A stretch of 64,000 nucleotides of DNA from Camelus dromedarius (taxonomy: Eukaryota), in contig NC_087436.1 in assembly GCF_036321535.1 (NCBI RefSeq), positions 94,180,001 through 94,244,000 on the forward strand. The letters are read 5' to 3'. Within the stretch, counting starts at the first letter, position 1, and every line of letters begins with the position of its first letter. The translations under genes and the position numbers were made by a program. Of this stretch, positions 1 to 13,328 are shown piece by piece. The notes below the pieces were generated by a model that saw only the letters and a program-made list of their open reading frames with translations, searched no databases and was not told the origin of the DNA.

Positions 1-39
1 AAGTCAAATAATACATTCCATAAATCCACCTAATCAGGC

Positions 40-365
40 ACTCATCCGCTTCAAACCTGCTCCTCCCACCATCTTCCCGTCTCAGTTACTGTCAACTCCA
101 TCCCCGCGGGGGATCAAGCCAGAAACCTTGTGTCTCTCCCTTACGTCCTTTCCTTCCCTTGACTCCACCTGGGAGTCATCAGGAATCCTGTTAGCTCTAC
201 CTTCAGGACAAAGCCGGAGCTCAAGGACTTCCGGTCCTCTCTCCGGTTGTCCAGCTCTAAGCCACCATCTTCTCTCGCCTACAGGTCATTGCAGTGACAC
301 CCTAACCCCTTGCCCTACTTCTGCCCTTTCCCCTCCAGACCCTGCATCACAGCAGCATGTGTGAG
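40..365 (+). mobile_element. LINE-2 fragment
   Basis: ctcctcccaccatcttcccgtctcag...tcaagccagaaacct...ctctaccttca resembles the L2 3' region. Confidence 0.65.
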
Positions 366-384
366 CCTTTTAAAGATTGTGTGT

Positions 385-1210
385 GTGTTTTTAAATTTCA
401 AACTTACAGAAAAGTTATAAAAATAAGAATAGGACAAAGAGCATCCTATTCTGTCATCCCGTAGCCCCTATGGTTAACATCTTGCTTGTCTTTCTAACTA
501 ATCATGTATCCATCTGAAAAACATATATCACAGCCTTTGACTCCTAACCACTACAGTGCGCATTTCCTAAGAATAAGTATATAGTCTTACCTTCATAATA
601 GTAGTTCAGTTGCCAACCTCAGTGAATATAACATTGATACGGTAATTTTATCCAAGCTGCCACCTGTCTTCCTAGGTTGGCAATTGACCCAATGATGTCC
701 TGTATGACATTTTGTTTCCTGTAGTACAGGATCCAGTTTGAGATCAGGGTCAGGTATAGTATTTAGTTGTTGGGATCCTTGAATTGACTTTAATTTGGAA
801 CATTTTGCACTGTCTTGTCTTACTTGTGATACTGACATTTGTGAAGAACATTCATCCTTGTGAATTCCTGGCCAGTGATGTTCTATCCTTCTTAGGGTAA
901 AACATCTGGGAGCACACAAAGTCCACCTGCCCCTTATTGGCAGCATAAATTTTAATCACCCAATCAAGGTGTTGTCTGCCTTCTCCACTTATAGTTATTG
1001 CTTTTTCCCTCGAGACCAATAAGCAATCTCTGAGTAGGCACTTTAAGATCATGCGAATATCTCGTTCCTCATCAAAATTTCTACTTAGATTTAGCCACTA
1101 TTGATGATTCTCAACTGAGCCAATCTTTTATTGGATGACGGTAAATGTTAATTTTTGAACTCCAACAAACGCTGCACATTTAGGAGTCAGCCCCCCGCAT
1201 TCTACTGTAA
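385..1210 (-). mobile_element. Ancient L1 (L1MC-type) 3' region
   Basis: aaatttcaaacttacagaaaagtt...catttcctaagaataag...caggatccag pattern of a reversed L1MC4/5 3' end. Confidence 0.65.
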
Positions 1211-2649
1211 GCAAGATCCCTCCTTTCCAACATTGGCAACATAGCATTGAAAAATGTGGATAAAGTTGTGCCAACGTGGACAGTCATCAAAGCTGACATG
1301 AAGGAGGTCAAAATGTTGCACAGCTCCAGGAAAGAAATTGCTCTCATTTAACTGAAGCCAGACAGTTTTTACTGGTGTCTCAGACACACCGCCTTGCTCT
1401 AAAACTGTCTGGATCCCTTCCCCTTTGATTCCAGGCTTGGTCTTCCTGGCCCCAAGGAGTCATCCTAGTCAAAAGGAAGATGTTATTCCAGATGCTTCAC
1501 CTGGGAGTGCCTGTCCTTCTCATCAGACTGGCCGGTCTCTGGGAAAGTCTCTCTCAAGTCAGAAGCAAGGTTCCCTGTGGCTGAGGGACCAACAGGCATG
1601 TAGCCTGGGGCCTCATTTCCAGCGTGGATGTCCTATTTGGTCCTCTTCCTGCCATCATACAGCTCATCCACGATGTCACATAGAGCTAAGAAAGTAATAT
1701 CTCAGAGCCCTGATGACCAACCAGCGAACTGGTCCACTCTCTGGTCCCAAGAAGCAGACAAGGTGGCATTTTTATTTGTAGATTAACCATTTATTAAGGC
1801 TCAGAGGCTAATGTTGGTTGGCTTTTATAAGGAAGTTACACAATAGCAGCTTATATTTTTCCCCCTCCGGGTGAGGGAGGAAGTGTTTTTTCAAACACAG
1901 TGTGTCTTAGCAACTGAAAGGAACCCTAAAGGGCCCCTTTCTGGTCTGTGGCTAATACAGGTGCCGTGGGATCCCCATTTGCTCGAGATTAGCATGCCCA
2001 CAGCAGACAGCCTCTTTGTCAATTGGCTACATGTGCTTCCTGTCCCAGCGGTTTGAGATGGGCAATTGCAGCCACTACTACTGGATATAAACAGAGACTT
2101 TACAACCATGAGGTTCCTTGTCGGTTGCTTTGGCCTTCCTGCTTCCAAAGCTCAATGGAAAATAAAGTTGATCTCCTGGCCAACCACTCCATTTCCCAGC
2201 CAGTTCCTGCAGGAAAGATTCCCGCGGAAGTGTGACATGGTTAAAAGGATACCTGGGGGCTGTAATTGGTTATCTATCCTTAATTACCCATAGCATTTAG
2301 TGGTCACAATGGAAAGGAAAAAGCATATGTTCATCTTGTATTTAACTGCTTGATTATGGACGCCAAGACAGTGTTGTAAGAAATCATAATGTTAGAGCAG
2401 GGAAGGACCCTGGACACCAGATTAGAGAAACTGAGGCCCTGGAATGTCAGACTTCTCTCTGGAGGCTGTGACACTGGCTAACAGTTGAGCCAGAACTAGA
2501 ACCTCAATGTCCTAGCTGTGGTCTAGAGCATTGTCCCTGACACCAGTGGCATTTTAACGATGGCAGAAGAGAGATGTAAGAGCTTGATTTTAATCCTGGG
2601 ATTCAATCCTACTTGGGTCTGATATTTCTGATAACCCCAGCAAAAGGCT

Positions 2650-3107
2650 TGTGGAAGAGATGCTAATTGTCTCCAAAACCCATTTTCCCACTCTTTGCTA
2701 ATAAAATACCAAACGTTAGCAGGTCACAGATTGCTCAGGAAAGAAAGTCACATTTCCTAGTATGCCTTGCAAATGAACGCATGTCAGAGTCCTGGCCAGA
2801 AAGATGTAAAAGATTGTAGTGAGTGCTTTAAAGGAGTAGTATACCCTTCTCTGGCCCTTTCCTCCTAACCAGTGACTGGAATGCTGACCCAAGTTCTGGA
2901 ACTGCAGCAGCCGTCTTGGGCCCCAAGGTAGAAGCTGCATGTTGAAGAGGGTGAAAAAACAGGACAGAAGGAACCTGATGATCAGGAAGCCAACATACCA
3001 GCCCTGGGTTTCCTCTGTTTACAAGAGAGAGAAATACTTTAAAATCTTTTTAAATCCACTGTTATTTTGGGTTTTCAGCCTCAAGCAAAATAATGTAACT
3101 CTAACAC
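2650..3107 (+). mobile_element. MaLR LTR (MLT1J-like)
   Basis: Starts tgtggaagagatgctaattgtc; contains gcagcagccgtcttg and ccactgttattttggg. Confidence 0.65.
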
Positions 3108-4140
3108 CAGCAGTAAAACTATTTTGAAAGTTTGTTGTGGAATTCCCTGGGAAAAAATAATAGGTTTTCATTTCCTGGATCTAGACGCTTACTTAAAGAG
3201 AAGGGTCTGTTTCATAAAGAAAGGTGGGAACCAAAGAAAGATACCGATCACAAACATACAGCCACTGCTCATTTGAGTTCCTTTGGTTTAAACCAGTTCC
3301 TCTTTTAAAACAAGTGTCCCTTGGGAAAGCTAAGCTTATTGGTGATTCTCAGATGTGAGAATCAGAACATCCTCCTTGTAAGGAGTCTGGGGAAGGGGAG
3401 TTGTTGTGACTGGGCTGGAAGAGGAAGTGACACTATGGGGAGGGTAGGCCAAGGCTGGGTGGGACTGATGAGGGTGGGGGAGTTCCGGAGGCAGGGAAAT
3501 GAAAACGTGAGAAAAGGGCCAGAAAGGGAGGGGCACGGGTGCTGGGTGCTAAAGCTCCAGGGGACAACTTTGACTTGCATTCAGGACACTGAGACAGCCC
3601 ATGACCACGAGAGGGCAGCAGCGGGAGATGCAATTCCAGGTCCCCAGTGTAACCCAGACTTCCTGTCCAACCTGGGTTTCTCTGCTTTTCTTTGTCCAGA
3701 GTTGCGCTCCTTAACCAGGAGGAGTGGGGAGGAGTTGCTTCCCTGAGCAGAGGAGGCTGGGCCAGCAGCTTCCATACGTATCAGTTCAGGGTTCCCTCCC
3801 TATCACCTTTTGCCATCATACACATGTTAACATTTTATCAAGATAGACTTTAAATTGGATTTTTTTTAACTTAGCCTTGCCCTAAGCAATATAACTTGTG
3901 AATGACGGATCTGTTATGATATTGATATATATATATATGGCATAATTATTATATTAAAAAATGTCTGTATCACCAGAAAATCATATGCATATCATGCTTG
4001 GAGAAGCATTATTTCATTCAGTCCCGCCAGTGATCCAACAAAGTACTAATCCTAGCCCCACTTTTATAGAAGAGAAAACTGAGGCTCAGTGAGGTTAGCT
4101 AGCTTCCTCAAGAGTTTTCATCAGAGCTGAGATTTGAACT

Positions 4141-4490
4141 TAACAGAAACAAAATTCAAATGACTAATTTTGAAGATGGACTTGGCTTTATTCAATGATT
4201 CATGACTCGGCATCCCATCTAGCGAACAGACAGGAGCTCTGAGCGGCTGAACAGTCACAGAGGGGAGGGATAAGGGAAGAGAAGCTTACATCATCTTCCT
4301 CTGGGGGAGGGGAAAGGGTCTATGTGGCAGATTACCTCCTTGGTGCTGACCAGAAAATTCCAAACTGGAATTAAGATGACATTCCTGGGGGATGTTGAAA
4401 CTGCAATTAGCTTAGGTATTAAGTTTCTGTTTGGTGACATGGGCTTAGCACAAGTGACTCCATTTGGGGCCTGTGGTCACTTTATTACCA
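4141..4490 (-). mobile_element. ERV-type LTR fragment
   Basis: taacagaaacaaaattcaa...ggctttattcaatgattcatga; minus-strand AATAAA about 45 nt from the end. Family not resolved. Confidence 0.45.
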
Positions 4491-5493
4491 GAACCAAGGT
4501 CTGTTTGACTTAAAAGGCAGTGGTCTTTGCTTTCTCCCAGGAGAAGGAAGGCAGAGACCCCTAAAGCTAAAGAGGATGAGGAAGAAGGGCCAAGACTCCC
4601 AGCCCTATATGAACACCCTCCCTTCAGCTCTCCCCTACTCCCCCCTTTTTCTTCTTTGTCTTCAGTCGCTAAGAATGTCTCCATCTCACCAAAACAGAAC
4701 ATTCCACAATGCATCCCTTATGAATGAAGACTGCCAACTCCACGGCAGAAAGAAATTTCCCTTTGGGAATTTTTATCACTTCTAAAGTGATGATAAAGAA
4801 ATTCAGCTGTAGTTCTGGATGCACCGGGAGAGAGGAAGAATTGAAGTTTCTCGGGAGCCTCACACACACCTGTGGGAAGCAGAGTAACGTGCGCTTATCC
4901 CATGGAGCCCAGAGGACTGCTGCAAGTAGAAACCTTAACACGTGTCTGAAGCAACTGCTTGTAACTGAGAATTATGGTGACAGGTATGGAAGAAACAGAA
5001 AATCCCAGACTCTGCAGACACTGACCAGCTGTGTGACTGAGGGCAAGCCACTTACCCTCTGAGCTTCGATTTCCCCCATCCATAGAGAGGATGACAATGC
5101 CTGTCTCAGGGGGTTATCATAGCATTGGACGAGGAATCTATAACCTAGTGCTAAAACACACTACCATTATTATTATTTTTTAATTACTGCCAGAGTAAAG
5201 AGGGTCTTCATATTCAGAACCCAATCAGCTTCAAATAAATTGTAGCACTTGGCAAATGTTGCCTTTTCTACTTGGAAACTTCACTTAAAAAAAAAGAAGA
5301 AGAAAGGAAAAGGCAAGGTGAAAGATCAGAAGGAAATTGTTGCCCTTTGACCTATCCCTGACACCAAAGTCCCACTTCAGACACTGCTTCCTCTTTCCCT
5401 AGTACTCTAGCCCAACATGCAAACCCTTTGCTCCCACCCCAGGGCCCCACAGGAAGACAGACAGGACAGACGGGACATGTCTTTGCCCAAATT

Positions 5494-5507
5494 AGTTTCA
5501 CTTCCTC
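5494..5507 (-). promoter_or_regulatory. ETS-IRF composite element (EICE)
   Basis: Minus strand GAGGAAGTGAAACT matches the GGAAnnGAAA PU.1/IRF4-IRF8 consensus. Confidence 0.45.
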
Positions 5508-5648
5508 CCCATCAGGCCCAAGTCACAGAGATGGAAAACTGTTTTCCATAGCACTGATGGCTGCATTTCTGTTTTTATCAGTAAGAGGAAGGCAAGAGAC
5601 TTAAGTCAGACAGCTGGGTGAGGCAATGTATTTTCCAGCTCCCAACTA

Positions 5649-6147
5649 CACATGTTCCCAGACTTATGATGGTTCAAGTTCTGGTTTTTTGACTTAACGA
5701 TGTTGCAAAAGTGATACACATCCAGCAGAAATCGTGATTTTGAGTTCTGAATTTTGATCTTTTCTGGGCTAGCAATATGCGATACAATCCTCTCTTGTGA
5801 TGCTGGGCGTGGGCAGCAAGCCAGCCAGTCCCCTGATCACGCACATCAACAGCCGACGCCCTAACAACCATTCTGTACCTAGACAACCATTCTGTTTTAC
5901 ATTTTCAGTACAGTAGTCAAGAAATTACATGAGATAGTCAACACTTTATTATAAAATTTATTATAAAATAGGCTTTGTGTTAGATGATTTAGCCCAACTG
6001 CAGGCTAATATAAGCATTCTGAGCACGTTTAAGGTAGGCCAGGCTAAGCTAGGATGTTCTGTAGGCTAGGTGTATTAAATGCATTTTCAACTTACAATAT
6101 TTTTAACTTACCATGAGTTTATCTGGAAGTGAGTCAAGGAAGATCTG
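5649..6147 (+). mobile_element. TcMar-Tigger MITE (MER47B/Tigger5-like), near complete
   Basis: TA at 5647-5648 and 6148-6149. Diagnostic aggctttgtgttagatgattt...gtaggccaggctaagcta. Confidence 0.85.
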
Positions 6148-7679
6148 TACACTAGTACTTCATCACATTTCCTTGTCTTCCTTTCTAACCCCATGTTCTC
6201 ATTAACAAACCACCTATTAGCACCACCGATAAAAAATGAAGAGCGGAAGCTACCTTTGTCTCCTGCCTATCTACCATCTGACCTCACAAGATGAAAGCTA
6301 CGTAATGAGAATAGCAGAGAAAAAAGATGGAAGGAAACTGGGTGCCCAACATCATGAAGCCAAGCCATATACCAGCTCTGGAAATCTTATATATGATGAA
6401 ATCACCAGGAAGCCCTCTGAAAACCAGATGGCCCTGGCCGTCTCAGGACCACTACCATCCCCTGTAGTTCTCTGAAACCTGATCTCCAACCTCAGCCTGC
6501 ACTAATGCCAGCACAAAATAAGCTCTGTAGAACTACAGATAAGCTTGATAGCATCATTCTCTTTGCCTCATCAATGTTTCTATTTTATATCCTTCCCTGC
6601 TCCTATCTGGAGAATGATATTCAGTCATCTGGGACTCATTCTGTAGAAAGAGCTTGAAATGACCCCAAAGAGAGGGCACCATTCTTGTCACAGCCTGAAC
6701 GTAGACATCTGGGACCCCAGCCTGTCCCTTCACCACCACTGACATGTGAACAGCCCTCACCTTAGGTAACTTCTCCATCTCTGAGGATTTCATCCGTCTA
6801 ACTAATCAACATAGTGTTGAGGGAGTTGGGTTTGGAACTGTCAGACACCCATCAATAGCTGAGAGAGAAAGAAATATATTAGCTCTGTTAGTAGTCACAT
6901 TGTGCCAAACAGAAATGGCATGTGTCTTATGCCTAAAAAGCTGGTCTTTGATTTTGTATGGGGTTTTGCTGATGCTGTTAGAAAATACTTTACCACTAAA
7001 TGAAAGTAAAGATGGACTGTTTCTCTGAAGAGTCAGAAGTTAAGAGAATTTTAAAAAAGGAAAGTTGATACAATTTTGTTTGATCTTTGATGGCATTACT
7101 TGTCCCAGAATATTGCGTTGGGAATTATTTTCCCCTTTGATCTTGCAGAACAGTATGAATGGACATCTATATAAAATACCCTGGGCATGAACAACAAAAT
7201 AAAAGAATTTGCCAGGAATGGGAAAAGCATACCTATTTAAATAAGCAAAAATGTTAACTCCTCTGTCTGGCTAACTATTAAGTTGTAATTCCTTCCCTAC
7301 TCCATGCCATACCAACCAACTCATCAGCTGCATCCTACAATGTAAAGAGCATAATAAAATTGATCTTTCAGTTTTATCTCATCGTGCTGCCAGGTAGCCC
7401 CTCCCCATGTGTATCTGCTACCTTCCTCCTCCAGAATCCCTTCTACCTCAGGGACCAGAGAGTCACACTCACCCTGCTCTTTGGTACAGTGTGCAGGCCT
7501 TAGGAAGATCCGAGGCAGGTATGAAGTATTTTTTAACATGTCTCTCTCTCACATTCTTTCCTTGTTTTCCTGCATCTATTACAGGCTACCCTCCTCCCCC
7601 AGATACTTCCATCCCCAGCAGTTCTGTCCATGATCTTGCGTGCCTCCTCCTTCTGATTAGACCAGCCTCAGAGCATCCA

Positions 7680-7890
7680 TGAGGCTGCATGATACGAAAT
7701 GAACACGGGTCACCAGAGTGTCAAAATCTTGGCTTTTTACTTCCAAACTGTGTTATCTTTGTCCAGTTAACTTTTCTTAGATTTTCTGCTTTAAAACAAT
7801 AGGTATAATACTACTTCATTGGATTTTTGAGATAATTAAGTGAGAAAATGTATATAACATTTATAGCACATTAAGTGCTTATTAAACAAT
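7680..7890 (+). mobile_element. MIR SINE
   Basis: Degenerate MIR core and 3' tail. Confidence 0.55.
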
Positions 7891-8614
7891 ATTTTTTTCT
7901 TCCTCATTCTGTTCCCCAGAATATTCCTGGTTTGGAGAACTCGGTCATAGGCAAACTAAGTAGTTTGGCTTTATTATACCCAAATTTCACTCAATACTTT
8001 CATTCATCATTCTAAAGAACACAACAACATTGTCATTTTTGGCACTAGCCTCTGGGGAGGTAGTAAGTTCTTTTTTTGGTCATAGGTCATTTTCATAACT
8101 GGCCTTTTACCCTCACATAATACAGCAGGATCTGCTCAGATCGAAACTGTGAGGCCCTTCAATGGTTTCACACTTAGCACGGAAGCCTCTTTGGACCCCT
8201 GGGAACCAGAACAGTACCAACCAAGAAGTTTCTACTTCTCTTCCACTCAGAGGGCTCTGCCGAGAAAAGGTAGGAGGGCTGCCCGCTCAAGTGTGGCCTT
8301 CAAAGACAAGCTGGAGATGAAGACTAGATGAGAATGTAGCCTGTGGCCCTGAGGAGCCATGTGGACAAACCATCCACAGCCAGAAAATGGTACCTGCAAA
8401 CACAGCCTGCAAGACATGGCCAGGGCTTTCCAATATTGCTTTAGCCATAAAGACGACGATTCTGCCTCATCTCAGCCGTCAGTGTGATTTGACTTGATGC
8501 TGGCCACACAGGTCCCATTTACAGGGAAAAACAACTTGCAAAATCATATTTTCTTTTCCTTTATACCTCCATTCCAATTAACCCAAGGGCCACGGACTCA
8601 GTTGCAAATGGGGA

Positions 8615-9078
8615 TGCATTAGTTAAGATACAGTTGAAGCTGCTGTGAAAAAGAGACACGAGAATGGAAGTTAATTTTCCTGATGTAATAGTCTGAGCAT
8701 AGGTTTTCCAGAGCTGGTATGTAACTCCTTGATGTTGGAGACCTGGTTTCCTCCTATTTGCTCTGCTATTTCAAGACATGGCTTCCATCTTGTGATGTCA
8801 GATGGCTGCTTCATCTCCCACCAGCATGTCCACTTCCTAGCTGGCAAGAAGAAAAAAAGAGCAAAAGAGGGCATGCTGCTTTCCTTTAAAAGCAGTCCAG
8901 AAGTTCCAAACATCAATTCCAGTTTTATACTATTGGCCAAAATTGTGTCACATGATCAGACCTAGCTGCAAGGGAGGCTGGGATGTAGTCCTAGAGGGGC
9001 AGTCATGAGTCTAGCTGGAACATTACTATAGAAGAAGGACAGATAGTAATATTGAGGCACAGTTAGCATTCTCTGCAC
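8615..9078 (-). mobile_element. MaLR LTR (MLT1J/K-like)
   Basis: gatggctgct...tattggccaaaattgtgtcacatg...cctagctgcaagggaggctggga. Confidence 0.7.
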
Positions 9079-9224
9079 AAAAGATCAGATAGGAATGTAA
9101 GTCAGTGAAGACTGCTAGGTATAAGGGCACGTGCATATTTTATGTAGGTGACAGATCCTGAAGCAAACAGGAGAGCCCCAATTTGAGGGGCCACCACTTT
9201 CACCCTAGATAATACTGTCATGCA

Positions 9225-9380
9225 GAAATTCAGACTCAGTGTTCCAGATCTGTGGTTTTCAAGAGAAGCCAGAAATCAACTTAAAAAAAAAAAAAAAGAT
9301 ATCTCCTAATTTTAAAATATTGGCTCAAAAAAATTTTTTTAAGCATTGTGTGGGCCAAATATATCTGTGGACTGACATTT
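9225..9380. mobile_element. hAT-Charlie MER102-like fragment
   Basis: ttttcaagagaagccagaaatc...atctcctaattttaaaatattggc...tgtgtgggccaaa. Confidence 0.55.
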
Positions 9381-9799
9381 AAGGCCCTTTATTATATTCA
9401 ATGTGCATGAAAGTGTTAATTGTGCTTCACTCTCTGCCTGAAATGCAAAACTTTTGAAATCCAAAATTGGAGCTAAAAGACAAGGTTAATAATAAAGAGT
9501 TGTGATCAAGATAAACTTTTTAAAGTAGGTAATGTGTTTGTTAGTTGGGCATTTAGATGAGAAAATCATTTGTTGACCAAATGTCATATTTCACTTTTAG
9601 GTGTGAAATAGTTTTAATCTCTCTCTGGGTTGCAGTGACCAGGTGTTTTTTAACCAGATAAATGAGTTGGAGGAAACATTCAGGCTCCTTTCTTCCTGTG
9701 CAAGATGGAGATGATACGCCTGGCAGCCACAAAATGTGCTGCTTGGATCTGCTGGGGAGACCTAAGTGACCGTGCCCCAGATGCCCTCTGGGTCCGCCA

Positions 9800-10085
9800 G
9801 CATGTTTACATGAAGACAAACTTCCTGAGCTGCTCACAGCTAATAACTGAGCACAGAGGGTGACTTCTCCAGGGGTCGACTTTGGCTCCAGGACTTCTCA
9901 TTGGCCGAACCTTTCTTGTAACTGTGCTACAGTCTAGGACTCCACCAGCCCAAGTCGCCTTTCTTTCACAGGTATCAGAACTTCTCTTCCCACTTTCTCT
10001 TGCTCCCTCCTCCTTTATTCTGCACAGGCTTTCCCCCTCACAAATCCCTCCCACATCTAATTCCATCTTAACATCTGCCAATGAA
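9800..10085 (+). mobile_element. ERVL LTR16-like fragment
   Basis: aataactgagcacag...ccccctcacaaatccctcccacatctaattccatctt. Confidence 0.55.
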
Positions 10086-10184
10086 CATATTGCTAATGGT
10101 AGCGACAGCAATTACAGGAGCAGTTACACTTTACTGTGTGCTATGTACTGTGTTTACACAAGCACATTCCCTGTCAATAGTAAT

Positions 10185-10405
10185 AACAATAATGGCTAAC
10201 TTCCTTGAGTATGTTCTAGGACTACGCATTACAGCCTTACATGTATTGTCTTCACAAAAATCCTAAGGTGGGTAATGAACTGCCATTCTTCTGATTTTAC
10301 AGATGTGGGACCAGATTAAATAACTTGCTCAAGGTCATGTATCTAGTAGGTGGTAGACAGCTATTCAAAGTCAAGTTTGTCTGACTCCAAAGCTTAGCTG
10401 CTCAC
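10185..10405 (-). mobile_element. MIR SINE
   Basis: attttacagatg...taacttgctcaaggtca...gtctgactccaaagc. Confidence 0.75.
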
Positions 10406-11989
10406 AGTCAGACACTTATGTGCTCCCTCCCCAATTTCTACCATATCCAAATATCACCACATACCATCCCTGTGACTTCTTTATAAATAGCACCTGTACA
10501 TTTATTTACTTAATATTTTTCCTTAAATTAACTGATTTTTAAAACCTGAATAAATTTATTTTTAAAAGAGACATAATATCCCTAAAATAAATGGTAAACT
10601 TCTATCCCTTGTCATAAATTAAAGATAATCCCCAAAACAAACATAATAAAAAACAATATTATCAAATTTTATCTAGAAAATAGTATAACATTTAAGGAGA
10701 TACTAGACCTAACCAAAGACTCCAAATCTGAAGTCTGTATTCATTTTATGTGTGTGTGTTTTTAACGGGAGATTAGTGAGTGTTAGACGTTAAAGAAATG
10801 CTAGCTTCAAATGAAGGTTTTTCTCCTGACAAAACCAGAAAGACTGAAAAAAATTTAACAGGGACTAAGTTTCTCAGTCTGTGACTCAATGCTCTTTAAT
10901 GCTCTGTCCACATATCCCTAAAAGCCTCGGGGTGGTATGCTATGGGAAATAATGACTATGGGAAAGCGAAGAATGCTCATTTGGATGGAAAAACACTTTT
11001 ATAAAATTGTCCCTTGCCCCCCAAAGAAAAGAAAATCAATTTCATTCCTTTTCAGCCTCCACAGGTTCTCAATGCACACAATTGTACCCTCTGGTTTATC
11101 TGGAGGGTGCAATCTTTCAAAAGTACAACAAACCAGAGCCTGCAGCATGAGTGAACACTGCGTTTTGGGCAGGTGTATCCGGTAGAGAAACAAAACACCT
11201 CTCTCTGTGGTTAGGCCGCCTAGTGCACTAGAGTTCAGCACATTCACAAATCAGCCTGCCTGGGAGGAGGTGAACCGCACACATCGACAACGTGGGGCCA
11301 GTGAAAAACCTCCCACCCTCTTTGGGCTTGGAAGACAGCGCTGATCCCAAGCTGAGCAACACTGATGGAAGAGGGCCGGCCATGCCACCCACCAGGCTCT
11401 GCCTTGGGCCCATTCCAGCCACAGCCTCCAAGTTACTCATAGAGACAGTGGAAGAAATCCTGCTGCAATAGATCACAGTTTTCCTGCAGTGGAAACACAT
11501 TTCAGTAAATCATACCCCGACTCTCCAAGGTTTAACCCAAAAGGAAGAGATTAGATTCTGGCCATTTGGGATTAGAAAGTGCTTTAAACCCAGCAAGGAG
11601 GTGGAGAGGGTGTTTCACCAGCCCCTCTTTCTGACTCTGAGTACCTGAATCAGTTTTCATTGTGTAGCGTTTGTGTTTGGTTTGGTAAGCAGTTTGCAAA
11701 TTTAGTTGGACTTGGAAATAGAGAAAGGCCTGGGATGCCATAGTAGAGAAAGCTTTCAGGTCCTCCATTTATCATCACAAAGTCCCAGTCTTGTGCCCAT
11801 TTTGCAGATGGGAACCTGGAGTCACAACTGAAATTTCACAACTGAAATAAGGGCTGGAGGCTGAGGTCTGACGGTGGCTCTATGGCTGATTCCTCATTCT
11901 GAACCTCCTTAGACCTCCAGGTCTTTAGCATGTTACCCTTTTTAATAGATCACCACTCTAGCAGATGTAAGTAGTAAAGGTGGAGGAGG

Positions 11990-12190
11990 AACAATTAACA
12001 TTTGCTGAGTGCAAAACACCTTACATGCCTCTTCCCATTTAAGGCTAAAATTTCTGTGGAATATACCCACAAAGAAAAGAAAATCATCCTCTCTCTGCCA
12101 ATGAGAAGACTGAAACACAAAGAGGTTAATCGTTAAAATCACCCAAAGTAAGGTTTCAAGCCAAAGCATTGGGGTTCTGACCCCAGTGGT
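11990..12190 (-). mobile_element. MIR SINE
   Basis: taacatttgctgagtgc...tgagaagactgaaacacaaagaggttaa. Confidence 0.55.
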
Positions 12191-12219
12191 CACATTCACT
12201 GGGGTTCTGACCCCAATGG

Positions 12220-12455
12220 CCTTTTGAGTCAGTCATACCTGAGTTCAAATCCAGGCTCTATCTGCTAGTTGCTGTGCAACTTGGGGCAAGTCACTCAACC
12301 ACTCTGACCACCTTTTTCTTTTCTGTAAAGTGAAGATAAAAATAGTGCCTATCACTTAAGGCTGGTAGGAAGAGTAGTTAAATGAGGTAATGCAGGCAAC
12401 ATGGTTTATATGGTGCCCAGGACAGAGGAAGTGCTCAATAAATGCTGAGTATTAT
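12220..12455 (+). mobile_element. MIR SINE
   Basis: cctgagttcaaatccaggctct...ggcaagtcactcaacc...gtgctcaataaatg. Confidence 0.8.
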
Positions 12456-12926
12456 TGGTAACATAATTGTGACCCAAAGGATTGATCCACTTCCTCTTCA
12501 CTTCTCCGTTGGCTGTCCTCCTTCCAGTTACTACCTGCTGTTGACTTAAGTAGAGCCTTCTGTTATACCTCAGTTGCCACACACAGCTGTGGGAGGGAAA
12601 GCCCACAACACAGAGGAAACTCGTCCAGCCTCCTTATACGGCCTTTCCCCTGTGAGGCTCCACGCAGAGAATCATGGCGGCCCCACAAAACACGATCAGA
12701 ACCAAGGATTTTTAAAGACAATGACAACATCCAGGAGATAGGTGGCATCGTAGAGCTGTTTGTCATAAAAGGTAATGCACCCAAAATCAGGGCCTCGGAG
12801 AACAAGTCAGAGGGTGCCGAAGCTCTACGTGTGCCCAGGACACTTCAGAGGGTGAGCCCGCTGTAAGAGCGAGCATGGGGATGACCGTTGTCTGATGAGA
12901 ACTGTAAAGTTTGCAGAGTTTCTACA

Positions 12927-13328
12927 TGTGATGACATTAAAACAAGTCTGAATTCTTGGACACTCCTCACATCAGGAGGAAGAATCTAATTCCCTTACAC
13001 GTGAATGTGGGCTGGACTTAAAGGACGCTGTGTGACTTCCGAGGCTGGATTATAAAAGATGTTTTAGCCTAGCTCTCCCTCGGGGTGTTTGCTCTTCAAA
13101 CCCGGCTGCCAAGGTTTGAGGAAGCCCAGGTGACAACGGAGAGGCCAAGTATGGATGTTCGCGTCCTCAGCTCCAGTTGAAACCTGAGAGAACAGACAGC
13201 CTTTGAGATGCCTCTGGCCTCAGTCAACATCTGACTGCAACCTCATGAGAGACTCCAAGTGGAAACCACCTCCTGAGTCCGATTCATAGTAAATGACTGG
13301 TGTTCTATGGCAATAAATAATTGGAACG
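12927..13328 (+). mobile_element. MaLR LTR (MLT1F/G-like)
   Basis: tgtgtgacttccgaggct...gaggaagccca...ctgactgcaacctcatgagagact. Confidence 0.7.

Noticed and set aside
11822..11848. Short tandem duplications (also about 5945, 28975 and 56998)
   Set aside because: Ordinary slippage duplications of 10-14 bp.
12167..12218. Palindromic direct repeats resembling a CRISPR repeat
   Set aside because: Only two units with an 8-nt spacer, no cas genes, and a mammalian context.
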